DNA of 64,000 nt from Octopus sinensis (GCF_006345805.1 NC_043003.1:60698001-60762000), one strand, 5' to 3'. Shown: positions 12,026 to 25,949, numbered from the stretch's first letter. Notes: a model not told the origin generated them from the letters alone. Numbers and translations are program-made.

Positions 12026-12164
12026 AGGAGACTTGGCTCATTGCCATTCTTAAACCCGTCCTTCAACCTCTTTATAAGGAAATATCTATATTTGCTGAGA
12101 CAACGCAGATTCAATACATTAGCAGACACGACTTCAATGGCAGATTTCTTGATATTACATTAAG
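12026..12164 (+). CDS. bHLH-PAS-type protein, linker/PAS-B start (EETWLIAILKPVLQPLYKEISIFAETTQIQYISRHDFNGRFLDITLR)
   Basis: Acceptor cctttttactgccag, donor AAG|GTAGGT. 139 bp, phase 1/2. Y.SRH...G.F matches the PAS-B F.SRH..D.KF motif. Confidence 0.88.
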
Positions 12165-13985
12165 GTAGGTTATTACCTTAACTTTTTACTCTTTCCATGT
12201 CTACTCCATTATTAAACCACAGTAATTCTCTCTCCCTCAGAAGTCTTTTCCCTTCACTGTTTATCTAAGACAGAACCACACTGTTCATTATCAGAAACTA
12301 CCAACAAGCTAGATAACAATTTGAATTATTACTGAAATGTGTTATGTTCAGGAGTAAATAGGACAGCAGATGTAATTTATTGACTACAAGCTATGTTTGT
12401 ATTCATATTTTCAACACTGATTTTTTTTAGAAAGCATGATCGGAATTTCTCGACTGTCTTTAAAGAATAAAGACTCGATGTCCGATAATTGTCTGTTTCG
12501 CCAGAACAGTTTATGATAATTTACAGTTTCTATCACTGAGATAAGATTCACGCTGGAATATTCAGCATCTTCTTCCTCCATCTCCGTATTCCTTAAAATC
12601 ACTAAAGATAAAATAATGCAATGAGGATATGTAAATAGTTCTTATTTTATTAAACAAATATGCAAAATTCATGCATGTTTTGTTTATACAACACAGCTAT
12701 AATTGTATGGTGATCGATTGGCAGAATTAGTAAAGTTTTGGACAAGAATTTCTGCAGCATATTTATGGCTCTTTGCATTCTGAGTTCAAGTCCCAGCGAG
12801 TTCAACATTGTTTTGCATGCATGCGAAGCCGATAAGAAAAGTACTTCTAATTGTCGAAGCAATGGAGAAATTATTTAGCGAGGAGGTTACGGATTTTTTT
12901 CGACTCTTTACATTTGAGAATACTTGCGATGACTTACGTGCTAATATTATTGACATTGCTCTTTCCGTCGGACAACGTCAATGTCATGGAGAGAAGGTAC
13001 ATTTTGAAAAGATTACTACCGGCATTACTTCAGAAAAAAAAAAGACCTCCAGCACATGATCTGAAGGAACTTTTCAGATGTAGAGATATGGCCAACCTGA
13101 CGGACAGAGATGTTAGCTAATATTTAAATCGTATAAAGCGGCGATCTAGGAGAAACGTTAGCACGCCAGGCGAAATGCTTAGCGGTATTTCGTCTGTCTT
13201 TACGTTCTGAGTTCAAATTACGTCGAGGTCGACTTTGCCTTTCATCCTTTCGGGGTCGATAAATTAAGTACCAGTTACGCACTGGGATCGATATAATCGA
13301 CTTATTCCGTTTGTCTGTCCTTGTTTGTCCTCTCTGTGTTTAACCCCTTGTGGGTAGTAAAGAAATAGGTATTTTGTCTGCAGCTACGTTCTGAGTTCAA
13401 ATTCCGCCGAGGTCGACTTTGCCTTTCACACACACATTAACACAAACATATTTATCCGCTAATTTGCAACAGAACGACGTTTGATTAAAATAGCGATTGG
13501 CGTAACATATTTAATGTGGTATTCGTCCTGATGAAGCGTCTCGTGCGCTGGAAATGAGCCGTGGATCGGAACAAACAATAACCCGAGGGAGCTAGGTCCG
13601 GACTTCAAGATGGGTGCAGAATCATTTATACGTATATATATATATATATATATAATTTATATATATATATATATAATATATATTATATATATATATATAG
13701 GGAAAGTTTACGAAAATAAACAAATGAAGGTAGGTAGAGTACAAATAAACAAATGTATTAGTATAGCGCTCAGGAAAAAAATAGAAAAAGTCTTTTACGT
13801 TTCGAGCCTACGCTCTTCAGTAGAAAGATACACAGAAAAAAACAAGGAGAAAAATAATGCGTGTAGGAGCTAACGATCTATCATGGCGTCCTGACCATAT
13901 ATATATATATATATACAAATTTTTGTTTCGTGATGAGATAAAAAACCCCAAGGGTGTGTAGATTTTAGAACATTTATAGATAGAA

Positions 13986-14034
13986 GGTCTTACAGCTGTT
14001 TCCAGGATAATTATTATATCCCTTCATCGGAGAT
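13986..14034 (-). ncRNA. Minimal type I hammerhead-like motif (Penelope-type), probably degenerate
   Basis: Minus strand: UCU-CCGAUGA-AG-GGAUA(UAAUAAU)UAUCC-UG-GAAAC-AGCU-GUA-AGA. Palindromic ACAGCUGU in loop 3; U4C variant, and stem II lacks its closing G-C pair. Confidence 0.45.
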
Positions 14035-14316
14035 GGTGTGAGAGGATGGTTAAGAAATAGTTGATTCAGATATGATATAAAATAGAGAGTGAGGTGGAGG
14101 AAATAAAAGAAAATAGATGTGAAATATGTAGGGTATTGCATTTGTAGATCCATTTTTTAGGCAGAATGGTATACATATAAGATTCCGATACTTTGTGAGT
14201 AAAATCCAATAGTATTTAAAGCACTTATTCAGCATTACCTGACACCTTTGGGTCTCAATCACACCATTACCTCTCATAACCTCTCTCTCTCTCTCTCTAA
14301 ATATATATATAATATA

Positions 14317-14350
<34 letters not shown>

Positions 14351-14881
14351 ATATATACACACATACATATATATATATATATGTAAATATATATATATAT
14401 GTGTGTATATATATTTATGTATGTATATATGTGTTTATATATGTGTGTGTGTGTGTGTGTATGTGTTCATGTGTGTATACATTAAGTTGAAAATATGCAA
14501 GGGCATGCTCCAGCTTGACCGCTGTCAAATCACTGAAACAAGCAAAAGAATGGCTAAACAAAATAATAGCTGTTCATGCGGCTACTGGACACTATCAAAA
14601 AACGAAAAGAGTCCTAAATTCGGACGCGACTTTCACCTTTCACAGCTATTGCTTTGAGTGTAGTCATATGACATGTCTACATAGCAAAGGCTTCGACCTG
14701 ACTTTGCTGCATGGCTCTCCCATGACTTTAACACGCAGGCGCAAAAGAAAACTGCCCGAAAGTTCTCTTACAAAACCATGTGACCATCCTCAACTAATCA
14801 ATCTGGATTACCTCATATGCGATCTGATCCACATTCAAACTATAATAACGAACGATATTTTAGAACGACCAGGAATATGCA

Positions 14882-14935
<54 letters not shown>

Positions 14936-15242
14936 GTGTGTGTGTGTGTGTGTTATTGTATTATTTAAGCATTTTCAACTTCATTTTTTTGTTTTTTGCT
15001 AATACTTGTTTTGATTAGTAACGATGTATATATGTATGTATGTATATGCACGTATGTGTGTTTGTGTGTGTTTATGTGTGTGTGTGTGTATGTATTTGTG
15101 TGTGCATACTTACATGAGTGCATGTTTTGATTTATATATGCATGTAATGTATATATATGCATATATATATATATAAAGGAGAGAAGGGAGGGAGAGAGGA
15201 GTAAAGAGGCAGCGATATAGATAGATAGATAGATAGATTGAT

Positions 15243-15309
<67 letters not shown>

Positions 15310-15317
15310 GAGAGAAC

Positions 15318-15348
<31 letters not shown>

Positions 15349-15355
15349 CAGAGAC

Positions 15356-15398
<43 letters not shown>

Positions 15399-17369
15399 AT
15401 ATATGAAAAGATTGTATGACTAGATAGATAGACAGATCCACTGTAACGCACATTTATTTTATAGAACTGTTCCTTCGATCTACAGAGGGAATGTATTCTG
15501 CAAAAAGTCCTACAGGAATTCACAAAGTAAAATTAATATTTTCAGAAACATGCTTTTTCTATCAGCTGCTTCAAGAATTTATGTTTGATTTCTTTTTATT
15601 ATTTCCATTCTATATGAAATCTTTCCCATCGTTTCGGAAATCCCTATCGCCGGAAAAAAATTAAATGATTGTGTGAATCTCATGAGGGGAGAAAAACTGA
15701 AGACCGTCTTATCATATTAAGCTGTACTCTTCTTTTCCGATTGAAGCTACCACAAGAAATTTTGTGCTGTGTCTCCAGCGTATTGATAAAACAGTTACTT
15801 AAGAAAATATCTTCGTATGCTATTGAAGACCGTATTCCAGCTTGGCCACAGTCTAGTGAGCGAAACTAGTACACTTTGATATGCAGTGCTTCACGAGTCA
15901 TTCCTGAAGACAATCTGGACAAAACGTATGAAGTGAAAGAGAGCAAGCGGCGGTCAAATACGTGCATGAACTGACAACATCAAAGGATGAATTGGAAATA
16001 TGTGTCTGGGTGATTGCATGTTGCAGCACAACACAGAAGGAACTGGATAGTTTTAAGATAGTTAAGATGCGCTCTGAAATAAAGGCACAATGCATCGATT
16101 TATATCAACTCAAAACATAAAGCATATAGACACCCTTTGTTTAGATCTAATCTTATTTCTTTATTGCCCACAAGGGGCTAACATAGAGAGGACAAACAAG
16201 GACAGACAAAGGGATTAAGTAGACTACAACGACCCCAGTGCGTGACTAGTACTTAATTTATTGACCCCGAAAGGATGAAAGGCAAAGTCGACCTCGGCGG
16301 AATTTGAACTCAGAACGTAGCAGCAGACAAAATACCTATTTCTTTACTACCCACAAGGGGCTAAACACAGAGAGGACAGACAAACAAGGACAGACAAACG
16401 GATTAAGTCGATTATATCGATCCCAGTGCGTAACTGGTACTTTATTTATCAACCCTGGACGAAATGCCGCTAAGCATATTGCCTGGCGCGCTAGCGATTC
16501 TGCCAGCTTGCTGCCTTATCTGGAGTCGATAATGATAAAGTACCAGTTTAGTACTGGGGTCGATGGTATCGCCTACTACTCCTCCGCTGAAAATTTCTGG
16601 CCTCTGCCTAAATTAGAAACCATTATTTAGAGAAATGTCGGCTATGAATCGATAAAGCATCGGGAAAAATAACTTGTGGTATTCGTTCAGATTCTTACAG
16701 CCTCAAATCAAACCATTTTAGAGACAATTTTACTGTTCATCCTTCCAGCGTCGATAAAATAAAGTGCCTGTCAATAACTGGGTCGATTTGACCGGCTAAT
16801 ACCCCTCCCAATATGTGTTTTCATGCACCTTTGAAAGAAATGAATATTTAGGGATGTGCTTTTGTTGTTATTCATTTTCTTTTATATTACAGTTCTTTTG
16901 CAAATGACGAAATATGCTCACCTTCAGACGAATGGTAATTTTGTTTTCTTTTCTTTAATACATTCATCATTTCTTCAATTAGCTAAGCAATGGATAAACA
17001 ATAATACATGTTATTATACATACTTATAGTACATTACTGACTGCTACTATTGCACACAGGCTTTAAAACATAGACTGCTAAACGTGAGAAAAATGAAACA
17101 TTTATACACATTGGTAGACTTCACTCATAAACTAGGCTTTCCTTATAGTTTAATATATGCAGAGAACTGATTGAAGAAACACAGCATTCCAGATTTTGAT
17201 AATTAATAATTACTTTTATTGAATAAGTAGTTGAGCTCACTATGACAAGTCTGAATTATAGATGTTGAGCCTCAGATTAATCTTAAGGAATCTGCATCTC
17301 AGACTTTAACGCTTTATATTTGTGATAATCTTTTTCTAAGGCAGGATGAGGTGTGTCAATTTAATTGTG

Positions 17370-17517
17370 TTAGTTGTTGTTGCTGTTATTGTGGTTGTTA
17401 TTGTTGCTGCTAATGTTGTGGTTGCTACTGATGTTGCCAATGTTGTTGTGGTGGTTATTGCTGTTGCTAATGTTGTTGTGGTTGCTATTGTTGTTGTTAA
17501 TGTTGTTGTTGTTGTTG

Positions 17518-17557
<40 letters not shown>

Positions 17558-18005
17558 TAATGTTGTATTGGTTATTATTGTTTTGCTACTGCCGCTATTG
17601 TTATTGTTGTTGCTAATGCGTTTGTGCCTGCTATTGCTGCTAATGTTGTTGTGGTTGCTATTGTTGTTGCCAATGTTGCTGTGGTGGTTATTGTTGTTGC
17701 AAATGTTGCTGTGGTTATTATTGTAGCTAATGCTGTCGTGGCTGCTATTGTTGTTGCAAACGTTGTGGTTGCTATTGTTGCTAATGTTGCTGTGGTAGTG
17801 ATTGTTGTTGCTAATATTGTGGTGATTGTTTTTTGTTTTTGATTTTTTGCTAATGTTTTTGCGATTGTTGTTGTTGTTGTTGCTAATCTTATTGTGGTTG
17901 TTGTTGCTAATGTCACGACTGCTATTATGGTTGCTAATATTGTTGGGATTGCAACTATCGTTGCTAATATTGTTGTGGTTGTTATTGTTGCTAATAATAT
18001 TGTTA
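17370..18005. repeat. Triplet-based minisatellite (GTT/GCT/ATT/AAT/GTG mosaic, ~27-30 bp higher-order unit)
   Basis: Recurring gttgctaatgttgctgtggtggttattgtt-like units. Confidence 0.9.
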
Positions 18006-18629
18006 AGTCTCAGGTTAGTTCTGATCCAGCAGGTCAAAGATCTCGATCATTCTGGCAATCTCGCATTCATTTTTGTCACACTAAGAACAACGCTGTACGC
18101 TGTGATTTGAGCAGATTTGACTACGGTTTTAGCATGTTTAGTGACCCCCTCCCCCATCCTATAATTCCACTTACTGACTTCAGTTTTGGGGATATGGTCT
18201 TATAAGCTGTATACTCACCTAGTCAAGTAAATGCTCAAAGTGGATTGAAATTTTTCTCTCATTACAAAACCAATCCCTTCGACCTGGATGATGGGCGATG
18301 TGGACATAATCAGCATTTGAACCTAGAATGCAGAGAACTGGAAAAAGATTGTAACGCATTCTACATGACGCTTTAACGGTTACATCAAACGACTGTCTTC
18401 ACATACACACGCAGTGCATATGTATACTCTTTATATGCGTATATGTGTATGAATCTGTCTGTATATATAGATATATGCATGTATACACAGGCACACAAAC
18501 ACACATATGTATATATATGTATATCTATATACATGCATATATAAATATATATATTAGCACATACATATTTTTATGTGTATGTAAATCTATTTCTATGCGT
18601 GAATATATTCATGTATACACACATACACG

Positions 18630-18662
<33 letters not shown>

Positions 18663-18872
18663 ATGTATACATGTCTATGTCTGCATTACGAGTGTATGTG
18701 TGTGCACATGGACTTGCGCACACACATACACACACACATATATATATGTGTGTGTGCACATAGACTTACGCACACATACATATATGTACACATACATATA
18801 TGCATACATACATACATACATACATACATACATACATACATACATACATACATACATACATACATACATACA

Positions 18873-18903
<31 letters not shown>

Positions 18904-19448
18904 CAGTAATGCTTCGATAGTAATGTTTCGATGTGGCCTTACCAACAGTTTCTGTAAAGAATCGATAATTTAAATTCTATGGCTTGAAGCTCAACTGTTG
19001 TCAAATACTTATAGAACGCAAAGTGGAAAATCTGTACCTGGGAAGTGTATCTTTTGAAGGAGCTGTCCTATGACGAGGAGAGAAAGAGAATGCAGCTAAA
19101 ATCGTTGAAGCTCTTTTAATAGCTTCTTTTCTTAATGTTTAAGTGGTGCTTATTTCGGTGTGATAGAGTGATACATTTATGCAGCTGAAATATGTGAAAG
19201 TAAAACTTAGTAAATCTGAAAATATAATAAAAAATAAATGAAGAGCAGTTCTGTTTGCACGTTTAGCACTTTAATTATTCATATTTATTCAAGTATAAAT
19301 TGCAACATCTAGTTGAAGTGGGTTTAATATTTCCATTGTTATATGTAAAAAGATGCGATTTTCTTTGTAGAAATTTCGATATTTTTCACGTATTGTAGTT
19401 CCTATGGTATAGAACAGGTCTATGCGATATGAATATATATATTATATG

Positions 19449-19506
<58 letters not shown>

Positions 19507-20880
19507 TATATATATATATATATAATATATATATATATTTATATATATATATTATTTATTTAAGCAATAGCGGGTACACATATGAATAAATTTACACATT
19601 AGTCATGATAAAATATTTTAAACAAATATAAGAATAGTCTCTATAACCACACAACACACACTCGATCTCTTCAACCATTGGCAACCTGCGTTTAAGAATT
19701 TATAACATCCTGTTTTTATAAATGTTTTAAGCTGAATTATATAATATGTTCTGTAAAGGATACTTTAATTCATGACTATGGAATGAGGAAAAGCTTACCA
19801 TTATAGGCGCAGGTATGGCTGTGTGGTTAAGAACCCCGCTTTGCAACCACCTTGTTTTCGGGTTCAGTCCCACAGTGCGGCACTTTGGGCAAGTGTCTTT
19901 TACTATAAGCACCGACCAATTCCTTCTGAGTAAATTTGGTAGGCAATAACTATGTGGGAAACTGTTGTATTCATGTGTGTCTTTGAGTTTGTGTTTATAC
20001 CCCTCCATCACTTGATAACCAGTGTTGGTTTCCTTACGTATCCGTAGTGAGCGATAGAATAAGTACTGGGATCTACTTTGAGAATTAACCCCGTCACAGA
20101 GGTGCCCATATGTGGCCACAGTCTAATCACTGAAACAAGCAGAAGACCAATGTTAATTTGGTTACTAGCGCCCTAGTTCCAAAAGATCAATTTATTTCAT
20201 TGGGCCTATCACTTTTGCTCGTCATTGTCACTGTTTATTTTCCTTCTGTTTTACTTTCAAGTATCGAACTATGCAAATTTAGTGCCCACAGAGAACTGCA
20301 TCAACTGCAGTAAAACGAGGTTTCCACAGCAGCTGGTTGGTGGGGGGAATCTTGCAAACAAAATCCAAACACAAAATACGAAATATACAAACATGCAAAA
20401 ACCCGTGCAAACATATATAGATGCATACGAACATATGTATACATTTGTATATATATATATATGTGTGTGCGAGTATATATATATATTTATACATATATAA
20501 ATGTATGTATGTGTGTATGTCTGATATATATGTGTGTGTGTGTGTGAAGGCGCGTCGCTTAGTGGTTAGGGGCATTCGGCTCATGGCCGTAAGGTCGGCG
20601 GCGCGTTGTATCCTTGAGCAAGACACTTGATTTCTCGTTACTCCAGTCCACTCAGCTGGCAAAAATGAGTAGTACCTGTATTTCAAAGGACCAGCCTTGT
20701 CACACCCTGTGTCACGCTGAATCTCCCCGAGAACTATGTTAAGGGTACACGTGTTTGTGGGGTGCTCAGCCACTTACACGTTAATTTCACGAGCACGCTG
20801 TTCCGTTGATCGTATCAGCTGGGACCCTCGTCGTCACAACCGACGGAGTGCACCTATATATATATATATATATATACATA

Positions 20881-22122
20881 TGTGGTCTGACCAATAAGTA
20901 TCCGGACTGTTGCTATAGTAACGAAGCTAAAGCACGGAGAGTAAAGTCGCTTGGCACAGATTGAACTTGAACTTTACTGTGCATGCGCACTAAGTTTTAG
21001 CGTTCTAGATCACTTCTGCTATTTACAGCAGTGCTTGGAAGGAACGTGTGTAGCGTGTGTTCGTCGCATTGACAGTGACAAAGCAAGTTGAGCAGAGAAT
21101 CTGCATCAAATTTTGCCATAAGCGCAGGAGTGGCTGCGTGGTAAGTAACTTGCTTACCAAAGACATGGTTCCGAATTCAGTCCCACTACATGGCACCTTA
21201 GGCAAGTGTCTTCTACAATAGATTCGGACCGACCAAAGCTTTGTGAGGGGATTTGGTAGACGGAAAGTTAAAGAAGCCCGTCGTATATATGTATATATAT
21301 ATTTATGTATGTGTGTCTGTGTTTGTCCCCCCCACCAACATCGCTTGACAACTGATGCTGGTGTGTTTACGTCCCCGTAACTTAGCGGTTCGGCAAAAAT
21401 GACCGATAGAATAAGTACTAAGCTTACAAAGAATGAGTCTTGGTGTCGATTGCTCGACTAAAGGCGATGCTCCGGCATGGCCGCAGTCAAATGACTGAAA
21501 CAAGTAAAAGAGTAAAACGTTGGCGATACATGCTCTGAGGCATACGCAAAGTTTTCCAAAACTTTTCACTGTCCTCAGTACAATCTAGGAGATCATGTGC
21601 AACTGAAACCCGAGTGTCTTTTTGGTGAACTGAAAGCAGTTTTGGCGCAAACTTGGCAGACATGCGTCTCACACCCAAATCTTCTATGATAATGGACTGA
21701 ACTGAATCCTGACTAATCTGCACATCTGATAACTTACACGGATAGTAATTCGACGATTTCGCCTCACAGCTGTACGCACATCCGCAATTCTCCCAGAACG
21801 TTCGTCAATATCAACATTCTTTCGGCCATCTTGGAAACGTCTGAACCACTCGTACACTTGTTTACGTATCATACAATTTCTGTAACTTTGCCCTTGAGCA
21901 CATATCACCATGAAACTTTCTTTGTTATGGTCAATGCGACGATCACACGTTACACACCTTCCTTTCATGGACTGCTGTAAACAGCGAAAATGCGCTAGAA
22001 CGTTAAAACTTAGTGCGCATGCACAGCAGAGTTTAAAGTAAATCTGTGCTAAGCGGCTTTACTCTGCGTGCTTTAGCTTCGTTACTATGGGAATAGTCCG
22101 AATACTTATTGATCAGACCTCG
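20881..22122. mobile_element. Non-autonomous mariner built from two opposed 5' ends, with a nested composite SINE (~21121-21515)
   Basis: TA-flanked TIRs (ggtctgaccaataagtatccggact / agtccgaatacttattgatcagacctcg). Transposase HTH remnants on both strands (+: EQRICIKFC; -: VYEWFRRFQDGR..ERSGR, RNRRITIR). Confidence 0.75.
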
Positions 22123-22233
22123 TATATATGCATTTGTTCCCTATCAGCATAAGGTAATAATGTTCCTCTGAAGAACCGTTGTAACGTGCATCCAATTCGC
22201 TTATGTGTTACCCATAATTTTTCCCTATATTTA

Positions 22234-22452
22234 CGAGGGGGTACTGAAAAGTTCCGGCTTTGGGTAAAAGGAATTACAGGAGGATCAATTAATTATGATT
22301 TTATTCAACATTTTATTCCGTTCTCAGATCCACACACTTATTGCAGTGGTCCTTCAGTTTTTCTAAGCCCTGTAAAATAATTCGGAAGGTTGGACCTCAA
22401 ACCAGGCCTTTCGTATTACCCTTAAAACCAAGAAATTTTCAGCACTCCCTCG
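22234..22452. mobile_element. Mariner-type MITE
   Basis: TA-cgagggggtactgaaaagtt ... aattttcagcactccctcg-TA. Confidence 0.75.
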
Positions 22453-22454
22453 TA

Positions 22455-22486
<32 letters not shown>

Positions 22487-22609
22487 CATACATACATGCA
22501 GGTATACATACATACATACATACATACATACATACATACATACATACATACATACATACATACATACATACATACATACATACATACATACATACATACA
22601 CACACACAA

Positions 22610-22707
<98 letters not shown>

Positions 22708-22961
22708 ATATATATGTGTGTAAAATTATAATTTAGGGTTTCTAAGAGATGTGGTGCTGTATGAACTTTTAATGTCGTTTTAGAGTCAAGTTTTGACTGC
22801 TATTTCAAACATGGTGGTATCTCTTAGATACTCTAAATTATACTTTTAATAACAATTATTACCTTTGAATGTTTTATTCCCATGCTGGCCAATTGATAAG
22901 TTCGACATTTAAATAACGATCTTATCCTTATTTTTATAAATATATATATAAATATTCGTAG

Positions 22962-23068
22962 GTTTCTTCAGCTGACTGGTTTCAACATAAAAGACGTTCT
23001 CGGAAAATCGGCGTATCTGTTCGTTCATGGAGGAGACATGGAGTATGTTGCTAAAGCTCACAAAGAAA
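22962..23068 (+). CDS. bHLH-PAS-type protein, PAS-B exon (RFLQLTGFNIKDVLGKSAYLFVHGGDMEYVAKAHKE)
   Basis: Acceptor ttcgtag, donor AA|GTAAGT. 107 bp, phase 2/1. The LTG...D.LG.S.Y..VH..D motif and exon size match the equivalent HIF/SIM/CLOCK exon as I recall them. Confidence 0.92.
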
Positions 23069-23288
23069 GTAAGTTACTGCCAACAAAACCCTTAAAGTGT
23101 ATAAGTTATCTACTGCTAATTCATGAGTCTTCAATTCGTAAGTAGTCCACTGCAGGTGTTTCTTTGACCTTTTGGCAACTCTCATTTCTTTCTTTGTTTT
23201 TTGTTTGTTTTTTACATTTATTCTTGTTTATTACAGCGATGGGGGTGGGGTCAAAAGACACAGGCATAAATGAATCTTGTCGCCGCAC

Positions 23289-24698
23289 TTTTTTAAATGA
23301 AACGAATGATAAATTTATTGACACCAAACTATAGGCGTAGGAGTGGCTGTATGGTAAGTAGCTTGCTTACGAACCACATGGTTCCGGGTTCAGTCCCACT
23401 GCGTGGCACCTTGGGCAAGTGTCTTCTACTATAGCCTCGGGCCAACCAAAGCTTTGTGAGTGGATTTGGTAGACAGAAACTGAAAGAAGCTCGTCGTATA
23501 TATGTATGTATGTTATAATATATATATATATATATATATACATACATACATATATACGACGAGCTTCTTTCAGTTTCTGTCTACGAAATCCACTCACAAG
23601 GCTTGGTTGGCCCGAGGATAGTAGAAGACAATGCCCAAGGTGCCACGCAGGGGGACTGAACCCGGAACCATGTGGTTCGTAAGCAAGCTACTTACCATAC
23701 AGCCACTCCTACGCCTATAGTTTGGTATCAATAAATTTATCATTCGTTTCATTTAAAAAAGAATATGAAGGCACTTGATCGAAACGAAAAGCAGAGACGA
23801 GCGCATTCTCTACCGGAAAAAGTGGAGCTGATCAAGAAAATACGTGACTGAGGAGGCTTCGTTGCTGTAGGCCACGAGTTTACTCTTTCACTCTTTTACT
23901 TGTTTCAGTCATTTGACTGTGGCCATGCTGGAGCACCACCTTTAGTCGAGCTAATCGACCCAGGACGTATTCTTTGTAAGCCTAGTACTTATTCTATCGG
24001 TCACTTTTGCCGAACTGCTAAGTTACGGGGACACACAAGCATCGGTTGTCAAGCGATGTTGGGGAACAAACACAGACACACTAGCATATACACACACAAA
24101 CATATATATATATATATATTTTAGTTTCCTGAGCGCCTAATAATAATACTGTAATTGTTCACGTGTTGTTGTTTTTTGTTTCCCGTTTGGATTAACCTTA
24201 TATATATATATATATATAATATATTATATATATATATATATATATATAAGGTTAATCCAAACGGGAAAACAGAAAAAACAACAACACGTGGAACAATTAC
24301 AGTATTATTATTATTAGGCGCTCAGGAAAATAAAATATATATATATATATATGTTTGTGTGTGTATATGCTAGTGTGTCTGTGTTTGTTCCCCCAACATC
24401 GCTTGACAACCGATGCTGGTGTGTCCCCGTAACTTAGCAGTTCGGCAAAAGTGACCGATAGAATAAGTACTAGGCTTACAAAGAATACGTCCTGGGTCGA
24501 TTAGCTCGACTAAAGGTGGTGCTCCAGCATGGCCACAGTCAAATGACTGAAACAAGTAAAAGAGTGAAAGAGTAAACTCGTGGCCTACAGCAACGAAGCC
24601 TCCTCAGTCACGTATTTTCTTGATCAGCTCCACTTTTTCCGGTAGAGAATGCGCTCGTCTCTGCTTTTCGTTTCGATCAAGTGCCTTCATATTCTTTT
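23289..24698. repeat. Complex inverted duplication A-(TA)n-rc(A)rc(B)-(TA)n-B
   Basis: 23289-~23515 mirrors ~23540-23760, and 23757-~24200 mirrors ~24249-24698. Both symmetry centres are (TA)n tracts. Confidence 0.9.
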
Positions 24699-25029
24699 GG
24701 TTCAGATGAATAAGAGTACATAAACCCGTATGAAAAATATACAGAATTGTAACGCGGTCAGAGTCAGAGTATTCTCAGTTGATGAGCTTTGCGGATGGCC
24801 GCTGGGATGTGTTTTTGCGGTACAGGCAGAATCTCTGATTGGTTATTGACCCGTGTTATCACAGATCAATTTGATAAAGAATGCCCTCATGGCACTTACA
24901 GGAACTTCAACACTTTGGCGCAGTTAATGTCACTCTTGAAATTTTTCACGTTCACAGCTAAGGAAACTACATTGGCAAGGGGACAGAAATTCCAGAAGGC
25001 TGGCATTCAGAGGAGGGAAAATAAGTAAA

Positions 25030-25700
25030 GTAACTAGTTGAGGGTTTTCGGATGAAGAAAAAGTCCACGAATTTATGTATTTTGAGCTTGACCGTTAGTA
25101 AAAAATTTTAGAATTTAACCTTGATGAGAATAATTATTAGAAGGAAGAGCAAGCTCATCGCCACATCATCAGTGAGGAACACGGCTAGTGCTGCCATAGG
25201 AGGACTGGGTTTTTGTGTACAGTGTACAGTGTAAGAGCCAATTTGTTAGTGAGGGAAATCATACCTGTCTCCGCGCGAGTGTTGAGGATGACCTTCAATG
25301 GAAACCAAAGGTTGACATTCATCTCAACCTATAGTCCAACCAAAGGAAACAGTGTTGCGAGTGCGGAGGAGTTTCATGAGGAAGTGTGTGGGTCTATCAA
25401 CACTACATCATCTCATAACAACCTGCTTGTTCTGGCTGACCTCAATGCGCATCTGAGCAAGGAGAGCGGTGAAGATCCTTACTGGAACTTCCATAACAAC
25501 ACACCAATACACCAACACCATAGCCCAAATCTTTACCCTAACGGGATGACGGACTTCTTTGAGATAATGACTGGAGGGATTCAGGGAGATACATTGGCTC
25601 TCTACCGTTTTATCATCGTGATGGAACATTGTATGCGCCTTGCGCTGGAGAAACACTAGGACTCTGGCTTTACTGTAGAGCCGGCTCAGAGTAGGAGAAT
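25030..25700 (+). pseudogene. Internally deleted RTE-like LINE fragment (APE endonuclease fused to an RT remnant)
   Basis: ORF 25213-25659: ISTYSPT..EEFHEE..LLVLADLNAHL (endonuclease) joined to FEIMTGGIQGDTLA..FIIVM (RT QGD motif). Confidence 0.75.
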
Positions 25701-25949
25701 GCCTGATGGGGAGAGGGTGATAGTAGGAAGAAAGAAGGATAGGAAGAGCTAATAATTCTTATTTTGATTGTCATTTTAGAGGGGAAGGTAATGAAAATCT
25801 AAAGGAATAAGTATTAGAAATTAGGGGTGGAATATAAGTTCAGAGAATAAGGGAAGGAGCTCATTGTAACTTAGCATATTTATAATGTTAAAGCAAAATA
25901 TAATTAAATATATAGATGAAGGCTAGAAGTTACACTTATATAGAATACA

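Noticed and set aside
13525-13560. CTGATGAAGCG…CGCTGGAAAT hammerhead-like string
   Set aside because: No stem I/III arrangement or NUH triplet fits.
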